Shown here: positions 43,944 through 55,084 of the stretch, in pieces
How positions within the stretch are numbered: position 1 is the stretch's first letter
Layout of the letters: every line of letters begins with the position of its first letter
Assembly (NCBI GenBank): GCA_046155365.1
Contig: JBJXFH010000124.1
Span: 1,249-65,248 of the forward strand
DNA from: Acidimicrobiales bacterium
Lineage (GTDB): Bacteria > Actinomycetota > Acidimicrobiia > Acidimicrobiales > CAIXPF01
Length of the DNA: 64,000 nt
Reading direction: 5' to 3'
Translations under genes and position numbers: made by a program
The notes under the pieces: generated by a model
Database searches by the model: none
What the model was told of the DNA's origin: nothing
The model's input: the letters and a program-made list of their open reading frames with translations, nothing else

Positions 43944-45248
43944 GTGGTGACACACCCCCAAACGACCCCGGTCCGCATCGGCTTGTTGGGCTGCGGCAAC
44001 GTCGGCGCGGCCTTCGCGGCCCTGGTCAACCAGCGTGCGGAGGCCATTGAGGGCCAAAGCGGACTGCGCCTGGAGGTCACCCGGGTGGCGGTGCGCTCCA
44101 CCTCCCGGGATCGTGGCCTGACCTTCGCCCCCGGCGTGCTGACCCATGACGCCACGGCCGTGGTCAACGATCCCGACGTGGACTTGGTGGTGGAGGTAAT
44201 GGGCGGTATCGAGCCGGCCCGTTCGCTCATCACCGACGCCCTCAAGGCCCACAAGCCGGTGGTTACCGCCAACAAGGAACTGCTGGCCAACGTCGGTCCC
44301 GAGCTGTATCAGGCCGCGGAAACCGCCGGGGTGGATCTGCTCTTCGAGGCCGCGGTGGGTGGGGCCATCCCCATCATGCGGGCCCTGCGGGAATCGCTGC
44401 GGGGGGAGCGGGTGCGCCAGCTGCTGGGCATCGTCAACGGCACCACCAACTACATCCTCACCCGCATGACGGAGGCCGGCGCCTCCTATGCCGACGCTCT
44501 GGCTGAGGCCCAGTCCCTGGGTTATGCCGAACGGGACCCCACCGCCGACGTGGAGGGATTCGACGCCGCCGCCAAGGCCGCCATCTTGGCCACGGTGGCC
44601 TTCGGGGCCGCGGTTGCCGCCGGTGACGTGTACCACGAGGGCATCTCGCAGATCACCGCCAGCGACATCGACTTCGCCCGGCGCCTGGGCTATGTGGTCA
44701 AGCTGCTGGCCATCACCGCCGAGCACGACGACGGAACCATCGGGGTGCGGGTCCATCCGGCCATGGTCCCCAATGAGCATCCGTTGGCGTCGGTGCGTGA
44801 TTCGTACAACGCGGTGTTCGTGGAGGGCGCCGCCGCCGGGAACCTGATGTTCTACGGGCGCGGCGCCGGCGGTAATCCCACCGCTTCCGCCGTGCTGGGC
44901 GACGTGCTGGATGCGGCCGCCAACCTCCGCAACGGGTCCGCCGGCTCGCTGGGGATGTTGCGCACCGCCCGTATCCGCCCCATCGACGACGTCGAATCGG
45001 AGTACTACCTGCAGCTCGAGGTCAATGACCAGCCGGGCGTGCTGGCCCGGGTGGCCACGGTGTTCGGCCAGCACGGGGTTTCCATCCGCAGCATGGAACA
45101 AGATGGCCTGGGTGACGCCGCCCGGCTCATCTTCATCACCCACATCGCCCGGGAAGCCTCGGTGCAAGCCACCCTGGCCGACCTGCGGGGCCTGGACGCG
45201 GTCCGCAAGGTGAACGGCCTGCTGCGGGTGATCGGCACCAGCGCCTGA
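43944..45248 (+). CDS. hom: homoserine dehydrogenase
   Basis: IGLLGCGNVGAAF, NKELLA, NGTTNYIL, and a C-terminal ACT-like region (YYLQLEVNDQPGVLA). Confidence 0.9.
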   Translation: MVTHPQTTPVRIGLLGCGNVGAAFAALVNQRAEAIEGQSGLRLEVTRVAVRSTSRDRGLTFAPGVLTHDATAVVNDPDVDLVVEVMGGIEPARSLITDALKAHKPVVTANKELLANVGPELYQAAETAGVDLLFEAAVGGAIPIMRALRESLRGERVRQLLGIVNGTTNYILTRMTEAGASYADALAEAQSLGYAERDPTADVEGFDAAAKAAILATVAFGAAVAAGDVYHEGISQITASDIDFARRLGYVVKLLAITAEHDDGTIGVRVHPAMVPNEHPLASVRDSYNAVFVEGAAAGNLMFYGRGAGGNPTASAVLGDVLDAAANLRNGSAGSLGMLRTARIRPIDDVESEYYLQLEVNDQPGVLARVATVFGQHGVSIRSMEQDGLGDAARLIFITHIAREASVQATLADLRGLDAVRKVNGLLRVIGTSA

Positions 45249-46747
45249 TGCAGTACGTCTCCACCCGGGGAGCCGCGCCCGCCCTGAACTTCGCCGATGT
45301 CCTGTTAGTGGGCGTGGCCACCGACGGCGGCCTGTACGTGCCCGAATCGGTGCCGCCGTTGCCCGCGGACTGGGACCGGCCCCGCCCCTACGCGGAGCTG
45401 GCCACCGAGGTCATGTGGCCCTACCTGGGCGAGGGGTTCATTGAACGGGACCACTTCGCGGCCATGGTGGCGGACGCCTACGCCGGCTTCGAGCATCCCG
45501 ACGTGGTTCCGGTGCGCCAGATCGAACCCGGTCTGCACCTGGCCGAGCTGTTCTGGGGCCCCACCTTGGCCTTCAAGGACCTGGCGTTGCAGCTGGTGGG
45601 GCGGTTGTTCGAGTACGAACTGGCCCGCCGCGGAGAGCGGGTCACCGTCATCGGCGCCACCTCCGGGGACACCGGCTCCGCTGCCATCGAAGCGTTGCGG
45701 GACCGTGACGCGGTGGACTGCGTGATCTTGCACCCCCACGGCCGGGTGTCGGAGGTGCAACGCCGGCAGATGACCACGGTGGACGCCACCAACGTCACCA
45801 ACCTGGCGGTGGAAGGCACCTTCGATGATTGCCAGGACCTGGTCAAGGCCATGTTCGCCGACGTCGAATTCCGTCAGCGGATGCGGCTGTCGGCGGTCAA
45901 CTCCATCAACTTCGCCCGCATCCTGGCCCAGATCGTGTACTACGTGAGTTCCACTGCGGCGCTGCGCCAGGCCGGTTACGCCGCGGCCACCACGCCGGTC
46001 AGCTTCGTGGTGCCCACCGGCAACTTCGGCAACGTCTACGCCGGGCACCTGGCACGCCGGGCCGGGCTGCCCATCAGCCGTCTCCTCGTCGCCTCCAACG
46101 CCAATGACATCCTGACCAGGTTCTTCACCACCGCCACCATGGCCACCACCGAGGTGTGCCCCACCCTCAGCCCCTCCATGGACATCCAGGTCAGCTCCAA
46201 CCTGGAGCGGGTCCTGTGGGAGCTATTGGGCGAGCGCGGCGAGGACGTGGACAACCTGCTGCGGCGTTTCCGGGCCCAGGGCCGCGTCAGCGTGCAAGCC
46301 CACGAACTGGCCCGTTTGCAGGAGACCTATGCCGCCTACCGGGCCGATGACGATGCCTGCTTGGAGCTGATGGCGCGCTACCACCAGCGTCACGGGCTGC
46401 TGGTTGATCCCCACACCGCCGTGGCGCTGTCCGCCGCCGAGCAGCACGGTTATGACGCGGACCATCCGCTCATCGTGTTGTCCACGGCCCATCCGGCCAA
46501 GTTCGCCGATGCCGTGCAGCGCGCCACCGGGGTGACACCCGCGCTCCCGCCCCGGCTGGCTGATCTGCTGCAACGGCCCGAGCGCTATCGGGTGGTGGCC
46601 AACGATTTGATCACGGTGGAGGCGCTGGTGGACGAAGCGGCCACGGCAGGATTGGTGGCGGGTTCGCATCCGCCGCCGGGTAACAGGTTGGGTTTACACG
46701 TCGGATCGGGCCAAGCTGGCGGCCGGACGGAGGAAGTGGGCTCGTGA
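45248..46747 (+). CDS. thrC: threonine synthase
   Basis: MQYVSTRG...GGLYVPE, PTLAFKDLALQ (PLP Lys), SGDTGSAA. The ATG shares 1 nt with the hom stop. About 35 extra C-terminal residues. Confidence 0.9.
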   Translation: MQYVSTRGAAPALNFADVLLVGVATDGGLYVPESVPPLPADWDRPRPYAELATEVMWPYLGEGFIERDHFAAMVADAYAGFEHPDVVPVRQIEPGLHLAELFWGPTLAFKDLALQLVGRLFEYELARRGERVTVIGATSGDTGSAAIEALRDRDAVDCVILHPHGRVSEVQRRQMTTVDATNVTNLAVEGTFDDCQDLVKAMFADVEFRQRMRLSAVNSINFARILAQIVYYVSSTAALRQAGYAAATTPVSFVVPTGNFGNVYAGHLARRAGLPISRLLVASNANDILTRFFTTATMATTEVCPTLSPSMDIQVSSNLERVLWELLGERGEDVDNLLRRFRAQGRVSVQAHELARLQETYAAYRADDDACLELMARYHQRHGLLVDPHTAVALSAAEQHGYDADHPLIVLSTAHPAKFADAVQRATGVTPALPPRLADLLQRPERYRVVANDLITVEALVDEAATAGLVAGSHPPPGNRLGLHVGSGQAGGRTEEVGS

Positions 46748-47895
46748 AATACGTGGTGTGCGTTCCCGATGGGTGCGCCGACGAACCGGTGGAATCCCTT
46801 GGCGGGGCCACCCCGCTGGAGTACGCCCGCCTGCCGGTGCTGGCCAGCTTGGCCGCCCGGGGCACGGTGGGCCGGGCCCAGACCATTCCGGATGGTCTGC
46901 CGCCCGGTAGTGACGTGGGCAACATGGCCATCTTCGGCTATGACCCCACCCGCTTCCACACCGGCCGGGCCCCCATCGAGGCGGCGGCGCTGGGCTTGGA
47001 CCTCACCGGTCGCATCGCCTACCGCTGCAACCTGGTCACCGTGGGCGCGGACGGCACCATGGTCGATTTCGCCGGCGGCCACCCCGATTCGGAGCGCGCC
47101 GCCAAGGTCATCGCCGCCCTTGACGAGGAACTGGGCGCCTTTTCCGAGGGGCAGGTGAGCTTCCACCCCGGGGTGCAGTACCGCCACATCATGCTGGCCC
47201 CGCCCAGTTGGGCCGACGCGGTCTGCCACCCGCCCCACGACCTCGCCGACGGTCCGGCGCTGGACCATACCGGTGCGTCCGCCCCGCTGCTGTTGGAACT
47301 ACAGCAACGATCCCGTGTCGTGCTCAAGCGGTTCGACCTCGACACCAACCAGATCTGGTTGTGGGGTCAGGGCCCGGGCCCGGTCATGGAGCGCTTCGTT
47401 GACCGCTACGGGGTGAGCGCCGGTTTGTGCACCGAGGTCGATCTGGTGCGGGGGTTGGGCGTGTTGGCCGGGCTGCGCATCGTGGAGGTCGAAGGGGCCA
47501 ACGCCTGGTTCGACACCAACTACGAGGGCATGCGCGACGCCACCATCGCCGGGCTCCGTGACGGCGCGGACCTCTGGATCTTGCACATCGAGGCCTCCGA
47601 CGAAGCCGGTCACGCCGGTGACGTGCAGGAGAAGATCAAGGCGCTGGAGAACTGGGACACCCGGGTGCTGCCGGGGCTGATCGAGGCCCTGGACGAGATG
47701 GGCCCCTGGCGCATGTTGCTGCTCCCGGACCACGCCACCCCCCTCCGACTCAAGACCCACACCTCCGACGCCGTCCCCTACCTGATGGTGGACTCCACCG
47801 TCCCCGGCCCCGGCGGCTCCTACACCGAGTCCGCCGTTGCCCATTGTCCGCCCATCCCCGCTCACCAGCTCATGGCCGCCCTCCTCGCCCCCTGA
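46744..47895 (+). CDS. cofactor-independent phosphoglycerate mutase (ApgM)-family protein in the thrB position (proposed alternative homoserine kinase family)
   Basis: MKYVVCVPDGCADEP...GSDVGNMAIFGYDP...SDEAGHAGD...LLLPDHATP are alkaline-phosphatase-superfamily metal/phospho-site motifs. GTGA overlap with thrC. Confidence 0.8.
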   Translation: MKYVVCVPDGCADEPVESLGGATPLEYARLPVLASLAARGTVGRAQTIPDGLPPGSDVGNMAIFGYDPTRFHTGRAPIEAAALGLDLTGRIAYRCNLVTVGADGTMVDFAGGHPDSERAAKVIAALDEELGAFSEGQVSFHPGVQYRHIMLAPPSWADAVCHPPHDLADGPALDHTGASAPLLLELQQRSRVVLKRFDLDTNQIWLWGQGPGPVMERFVDRYGVSAGLCTEVDLVRGLGVLAGLRIVEVEGANAWFDTNYEGMRDATIAGLRDGADLWILHIEASDEAGHAGDVQEKIKALENWDTRVLPGLIEALDEMGPWRMLLLPDHATPLRLKTHTSDAVPYLMVDSTVPGPGGSYTESAVAHCPPIPAHQLMAALLAP

Positions 47896-48616
47896 GACCC
47901 GCGCTATCGGGACATCAGGCCCGCGGGGACGGTTGGCCGCCCGGCGCAGCTGACCTATTCGGTGTGGTAGGGATTCGCGCCGTGACGCGAACAAGGTCAG
48001 CCCTCTGACCAGCGGTTTCCCCTGCGGACGGTGGAGCCGGTCTTCCAAACTGCACACGTTAACCCCGCGTCCGGCCCCGCAGTGATGTTTCAGTCAATTT
48101 CATGCTGGGAAGCCGAGCGTTCCGTCCGACCCTGCGTCGCGGCTCTGGCGAAATGAGACCGGCGCGGGTGTCTCATGGCTCGCCGGAGCACGGCGAATGC
48201 GTCACCCCGGAGAGGGCCCGGAACGCGCCGGGAAGACCTGCAAAGTGCCACCGAGTCGTGGAACCTCGGCGAGCAACCAGCCCAAGTATTGCTGTAGTGC
48301 GTCCGGGTCGCTAGAGTGGGCGGCGCACCGGTGTGTCATCCCGCGTGAGGGGGCGGCCGCTCTTGTGGTCGCCGTGCGGGTTTCACCCTTTCGCAGTTGG
48401 CCTTCGTACCCCTATCGAGCCTGCCCCTTGCAGGTCAGGTCCGATCAGCGGACGGGCGCTTGCGATCTGCCCGACTTCCGGTTGCAAACCCATCCAGTTA
48501 CGCACAGCCCATCGAAGCACGGACATCGTGGGCGTCGGTTTCGTTCCGCCTTGGGCGGTGACGGCGCAGTCAGCTCCACGGATGCCTACCGGCACAGCCG
48601 GAGAAGGAAGGCCCGA
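47896..48616 (+). promoter_or_regulatory. long untranslated leader/promoter region upstream of rho
   Basis: A 721-bp gap with no convincing ORF. It has a locally AT-richer patch (48085-48100) and C>G stretches (e.g. 48470-48530, cccgacttccggttgcaaacccatccagttacgcacagcccatcgaagcac) resembling rut-like sequence. Confidence 0.4.
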
Positions 48617-50847
<2,231 letters not shown>

Positions 50848-50851
<4 letters not shown>

Positions 50852-51921
50852 CCACGCTGTCCAGCACCGACGCCGAACAACGGGCTCGGCTCAACCAGGC
50901 CAAGCTCCGGGCCATCGTCCGTGGCCTCCTCCGTGCACCGCTGGGTGCAGGCGCCGCCAACCCCGAGCCTGCGGAGAACCTCGAGCTCGAGGACCGCGCC
51001 CTCGGTGGGGTGGCGGCGCTGGTGGTACCGCCCTCCCTGGGCCGCGAGCAACGTGCCACCGGGTATGTACTGGCCGCCGGTCAGGCCGGGATCGGCGCCG
51101 CCCTGGTATGGGCCCGTCGCCAACCCGAACCGTTGCAATTGGCCATCATCGCGGAGGGCGACAGCGCCGGGATCCTGGCTCGGCGAGCGCGTTACTTCGT
51201 AGAGGAGCCCATCGTCTACCTCCTCACCGGCACCGACGTGTCCGTGGCGGACCCGGCGGCGCATTTGCCGGTGATGGTGGCGGATCCTGCAGCGCTGGCG
51301 GCGGTGGCACCATTGCGGGCCGCCGGGGTGGACGTGGTGGTGGAACACGGTGTGGTCACCGCGGAGCTCTCGGGCCTCGAGGTGGCGCGGGTCATGCCAG
51401 ATGCCGAGGGTGACGGCTTCCATCTTGAGGTCGGTGTGGGTCGCTACGACCGGGAAGCGGCCCGGCTGATGCAGGCCGTGCGCAGTACCGAGGAGGTCAC
51501 CAGGACCGTCATTCAGGTGGTGCGAGATCATCGCCGGCCCGGTGAAACCCCCCATCTGTTGAACCGGCTGGCCCGCCAGCGGTGGCTGCGTTCCATGTTG
51601 CTGGCGGACCCGGCCCTGGTGGGCGCCACCGCATTGCAACCCATCGAACCGCCCGCACCCCGTGAGAATCTCATCGAGCCGGTCCCGGCGATGGCCGCGG
51701 GCACCGCCCTCGATGGTCATCCGGTGGTGGTGGCCTGCTGTGTGGGGGTTGACCCCGAGGCCATGCCCACCGCCGCTGACGTCCGTGACCGCACCAACCC
51801 CGAGGCCGAACTGATCTACGTCTCACCGGCCCGCGATCAATACCGCGCGGTACGGGAGCTGGCGGAGGCGTTGCATCGACCGGCACGAATGGTGGCCCTC
51901 GACGGTCAGTGGGCGGACTGA
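50848..51921 (+). CDS. hypothetical protein (357 aa), overlap-coupled to rho and prfA
   Basis: GTG 50848 overlaps the rho stop (GTGA) and its TGA overlaps the prfA ATG (TGATG). Codon bias resembles its neighbours. I recognise no motif. It occupies the slot where rpmE sits in mycobacterial gene order. Confidence 0.6.
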
Positions 51922-52988
51922 TGTTGGCCCGCATCCAATCGCTGGAGGAGGAGTTTCTCCAACTCGAAGCCCGCCTGGCGGACCCCGAGCTGCTGGCTGA
52001 TACCAACCGGTATGCCGCGGCCACCCGTCGGTATCGGCAGTTGGAAGCGGTGGTGACCGTGGCCCGGCGCCTGCGGGGACGCCATGAGGACCTCGTCGCC
52101 GCCCGGGAACTGTACGTGGACGCCGACGCCGCTGATCGCGAGCTGTTGCGCCAGGAATCGGACGGGGCCGAAGCGGACATCGCCACGTTGGAAGATGAAC
52201 TGCGGTCGTTGTTGCTGCCCCGGGACCCCAACGAGGACAAGAACGTCATCATGGAGATCCGCGGCGCCGAGGGTGGCGAGGAGGCCAACCTTTTCGCCCG
52301 TGACCTCTACGAGATGTATCGCGGTTTCTGCGCCCGTCACGGTCTGAAGGTGACCGTGCTGTCCTCGTCCCCGTCCGATCTCGGAGGGTTCAACGATGTG
52401 GTGCTGCGGGTGGAGGGTGATCATGCCTGGGCCAGGCTGAAATGGGAGGCCGGTCCCCATCGGGTGCAGCGGGTGCCGGTGACGGAATCCCAGGGCCGGG
52501 TGCACACCTCCTCGGCCACGGTCACGGTGTTGCCCGAGGCCGACGAGATCGACATCGCCATCGACCCCAACGATCTCAGCATTGACGTGTACCGCTCCTC
52601 CGGCGCCGGCGGTCAGCACGTCAACACCACCGATTCAGCCGTGCGAATCACCCACAAACCCACCGGTCTGGTGGTGGCCATGCAGGACGAGAAGAGCCAG
52701 CTGCAGAACCGGGCCCGGGCGCTGACGGTGTTGCGTTCGCGCTTGTTGAAGCTGCAACAGGACCAGCAGGCGGCGGAACGGTCCGGTCAGCGCCGCGATC
52801 AGGTGGGCGGCGGTGGTCGCAGCGAGAAGATCCGGACCTACAACTTCAAGGAGAACCGGGTCACCGATCACCGGGTGGGTATCACGTTGTACAAGCTGGA
52901 TCGGGTGCTGACCGGCGAGCTCGAGGACATCACCGACGCCCTGCTGGCCGATGAGCGAACCCGCCAATTGGCCATCGAAGCCAGCTGA
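51921..52988 (+). CDS. prfA: peptide chain release factor 1
   Basis: GGQHVNTTDSAVRITHKPTG (GGQ) and RVPVTESQGRVHTS (PxT). GTG 51909 is an alternative start. Confidence 0.92.
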   Translation: MLARIQSLEEEFLQLEARLADPELLADTNRYAAATRRYRQLEAVVTVARRLRGRHEDLVAARELYVDADAADRELLRQESDGAEADIATLEDELRSLLLPRDPNEDKNVIMEIRGAEGGEEANLFARDLYEMYRGFCARHGLKVTVLSSSPSDLGGFNDVVLRVEGDHAWARLKWEAGPHRVQRVPVTESQGRVHTSSATVTVLPEADEIDIAIDPNDLSIDVYRSSGAGGQHVNTTDSAVRITHKPTGLVVAMQDEKSQLQNRARALTVLRSRLLKLQQDQQAAERSGQRRDQVGGGGRSEKIRTYNFKENRVTDHRVGITLYKLDRVLTGELEDITDALLADERTRQLAIEAS

Positions 52989-53004
52989 GCCCCAGGCTCC
53001 GGTC

Positions 53005-53913
53005 ATGAGTTCCGCTATCGGACCCGATCCGGGCACCGTCACCTGGGCCGAGGTGAGCCGTGGGGCCCGGGCCCGTCTCGTCCAGGCCGGCCGTGAAGAT
53101 CCCGGCTGGGACGTGCGTCTGTTGGTGGCGGAGGTCACCGGCACTGAACCCGGGGACTACCTTGAGGTCACCGACCGACCCGCCGGGGCCAGGGCCCTGT
53201 CCCGCTTCGACAGCATGGTTGAACGGCTGCTGACCGGCGAGCCGCTGCAGTATGTGGTGGGCCACTGGTCCTTCCGCACGTTGGAGCTGATGGTGGACCG
53301 CCGGGTGCTCATTCCCCGTCCGGAGACAGAAACCGTGGTGAGCGTGGCCCTGGCTGAGGCCCAGCGGCTCATCGATCGCCACGGTCACACGTACCAGCGC
53401 CGCATCACCTTGGCCGATCTGGGCACCGGCTCGGGGGCCATTGCCCTGTCCCTGGCGGCGGAGTGCAAGGTGGCCGATGTGTGGGCCACGGACACGTCCG
53501 AACCGGCGTTGGCGGTGGCCCGGGCCAACCTGGCCGGGTTGGGCCAGCCGGGGGCCCGGGTGCAGCTGCGCCACGGCCACTGGTTCGCTGCCCTGCCCGC
53601 GGCGCTGGCCGGCAACCTGGCGGTGGTGGTGTCCAACCCTCCCTACGTGGGTGACGATGAGCTGCTCCCGGCAGAAGTTGCGGACTGGGAGCCGGCGCTG
53701 GCCCTGCGGGGCGGTCCCGATGGCCTCCACGAGGTGCGAACCCTGGTTGCGCAGGCCCCGGTATGGCTACGGGACGATGGGGTGTTGGTGTTGGAGTTGG
53801 CCCCCACCCAGATGCCCGCCGCCCGGGACCTGGCCGCCGCCGCCGGTTTCCGCGAGGTTCGGGTTGAAACCGATCTGGCCGGCCGTGAGCGCACCCTGGT
53901 GGCCCGCCGGTGA
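53005..53913 (+). CDS. prmC: release factor glutamine N5-methyltransferase
   Basis: LADLGTGSGAIALSLA (SAM motif I) and VVSNPPYV (NPPY). Confidence 0.85.
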   Translation: MSSAIGPDPGTVTWAEVSRGARARLVQAGREDPGWDVRLLVAEVTGTEPGDYLEVTDRPAGARALSRFDSMVERLLTGEPLQYVVGHWSFRTLELMVDRRVLIPRPETETVVSVALAEAQRLIDRHGHTYQRRITLADLGTGSGAIALSLAAECKVADVWATDTSEPALAVARANLAGLGQPGARVQLRHGHWFAALPAALAGNLAVVVSNPPYVGDDELLPAEVADWEPALALRGGPDGLHEVRTLVAQAPVWLRDDGVLVLELAPTQMPAARDLAAAAGFREVRVETDLAGRERTLVARR

Positions 53914-53944
53914 GCGGACCGGGCTGCGGGGAAGCGCCGAGCTG

Positions 53945-55063
53945 ATGCCCGCGCTATGGGTGAGCTTGGCCACCGCGGCGGTGGCCGCCATGGTGACCTG
54001 GTTGCTGGTTCCGCTGACCCAACGCTTGGCTGTACGGGTGGGGGCGGTGGTCGCCCCCGACGAACGACGGGTGCATCGTTGGCCCACCCCGACGCTGGGC
54101 GGGCTGGCCATGCTGGCGGGCTTCGTGGCCGCGGTGTCCGCTGCATGCTGGGTGCTGCCGGGCTACGAGCCGGTGTTCGACAATCCCCGTGAGATCACCG
54201 GCATCGTGGTGGCCGCGGCGGTGATGTACGGCGTGGGGTTCATCGACGATCTCCGGGACGTGTCGGCCCCCGCCAAACTGGCCGGTATGGTGCTGGCCAG
54301 CTCGGTGCTGTCATTGGCCGGGGTCAGCCTCATCTACTTCCGCATCCCCTTCGCCGGGTTCTGGTTGCTCAGCGCTGATCTATCGGCCCTGATCACCGTG
54401 CTGTGGGTCATCGGCATGGCCAACGCGGTGAACCTGGTGGACGGACTCGATGGGCTGGCGGCGGGCATCGTGGGCATCGCTGCCAGCGCCTTCTTCATCT
54501 ACACCGGGCAGTTATCGGCCAACGAGCTGCTGCGGCCCACCAACCCGGCGCCGTTGGTGGCGGTGTCGGTGGCCGGGGTGTGCCTGGGGTTCCTGCCGCA
54601 CAACTTTCACCCGGCCCGGACCTTCATGGGCGATGGGGGAGCGTTGCTGCTGGGGTTGTTGATGGCGGCCGCCACCATCTCGGTGGGCGGGCGGACCCGG
54701 GATCCGTTCTCGGGCCAGACGTTCTTCTTCTTCGCCCCGCTGGTGATCCCGCTGTTCGTGCTCGGGGTGCCCATCTTCGACACCCTTTTCGCCATTGTCC
54801 GCCGGGCCCGTCGCCGCAGCGGTCTGGCCACCGCTGATAAGGGCCACCTGCATCATCGGCTGATGGAGATGGGCCACGGACAACGGCGCAGCGTGGCCAT
54901 CCTTTGGGGCTGGACGGCGTTGCTGTCGGCCATTGCGCTGTACCCCACCATTACCGGGCTGGGTGACAGCTTGGTCCTGCTGGGGCTGGGGGCGCTGAGC
55001 TTGGCCCTGGTGACATGGTTCCATCCCGGCGTGCGCCGTCACGGGAAGGGTTCCGGAAAGTAG
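53945..55063 (+). CDS. wecA: polyprenyl-phosphate GlcNAc-1-phosphate transferase (WecA/Rfe, MraY family)
   Basis: ATG 53945. GFIDDL, NAVNLVDGLDGLAAG, FMGDGGALLLG, multiple TM segments. The listed ORF from 53441 over-extends across prmC in another frame. Confidence 0.85.
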   Translation: MPALWVSLATAAVAAMVTWLLVPLTQRLAVRVGAVVAPDERRVHRWPTPTLGGLAMLAGFVAAVSAACWVLPGYEPVFDNPREITGIVVAAAVMYGVGFIDDLRDVSAPAKLAGMVLASSVLSLAGVSLIYFRIPFAGFWLLSADLSALITVLWVIGMANAVNLVDGLDGLAAGIVGIAASAFFIYTGQLSANELLRPTNPAPLVAVSVAGVCLGFLPHNFHPARTFMGDGGALLLGLLMAAATISVGGRTRDPFSGQTFFFFAPLVIPLFVLGVPIFDTLFAIVRRARRRSGLATADKGHLHHRLMEMGHGQRRSVAILWGWTALLSAIALYPTITGLGDSLVLLGLGALSLALVTWFHPGVRRHGKGSGK

Positions 55064-55084
55064 GGACCGGGAGAGGGTCCGCTG

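Noticed and set aside
40655-48057. Shadow ORFs 40655-42364(-), 42535-43758(-), 43755-45167(-), 45305-46048(-), 46585-47268(-) and 47299-48057(-).
   Set aside because: They are antisense to argS, lysA, hom, thrC and the ApgM-family gene, all of which have diagnostic motifs.
48197-48616. N-terminal 140 codons of the 884-aa Rho ORF.
   Set aside because: The sequence (MRHPGEGPERAGKTCKVPPSRG...) has no resemblance to Rho. The conserved Rho N-terminal helix bundle begins at GTG 48617, preceded by GGAGAAGGAAGG.
53441-53944. Upstream extension of the wecA ORF.
   Set aside because: It overlaps prmC in another frame. The first TM helix and a sensible start are at ATG 53945.
55064-55084. GGACC(N7)GGTCC hairpin between the convergent wecA and sugar-transferase genes as a bidirectional terminator.
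   Set aside because: The stem is only 5 bp and there is no U-tract. That is too weak to list as a feature.
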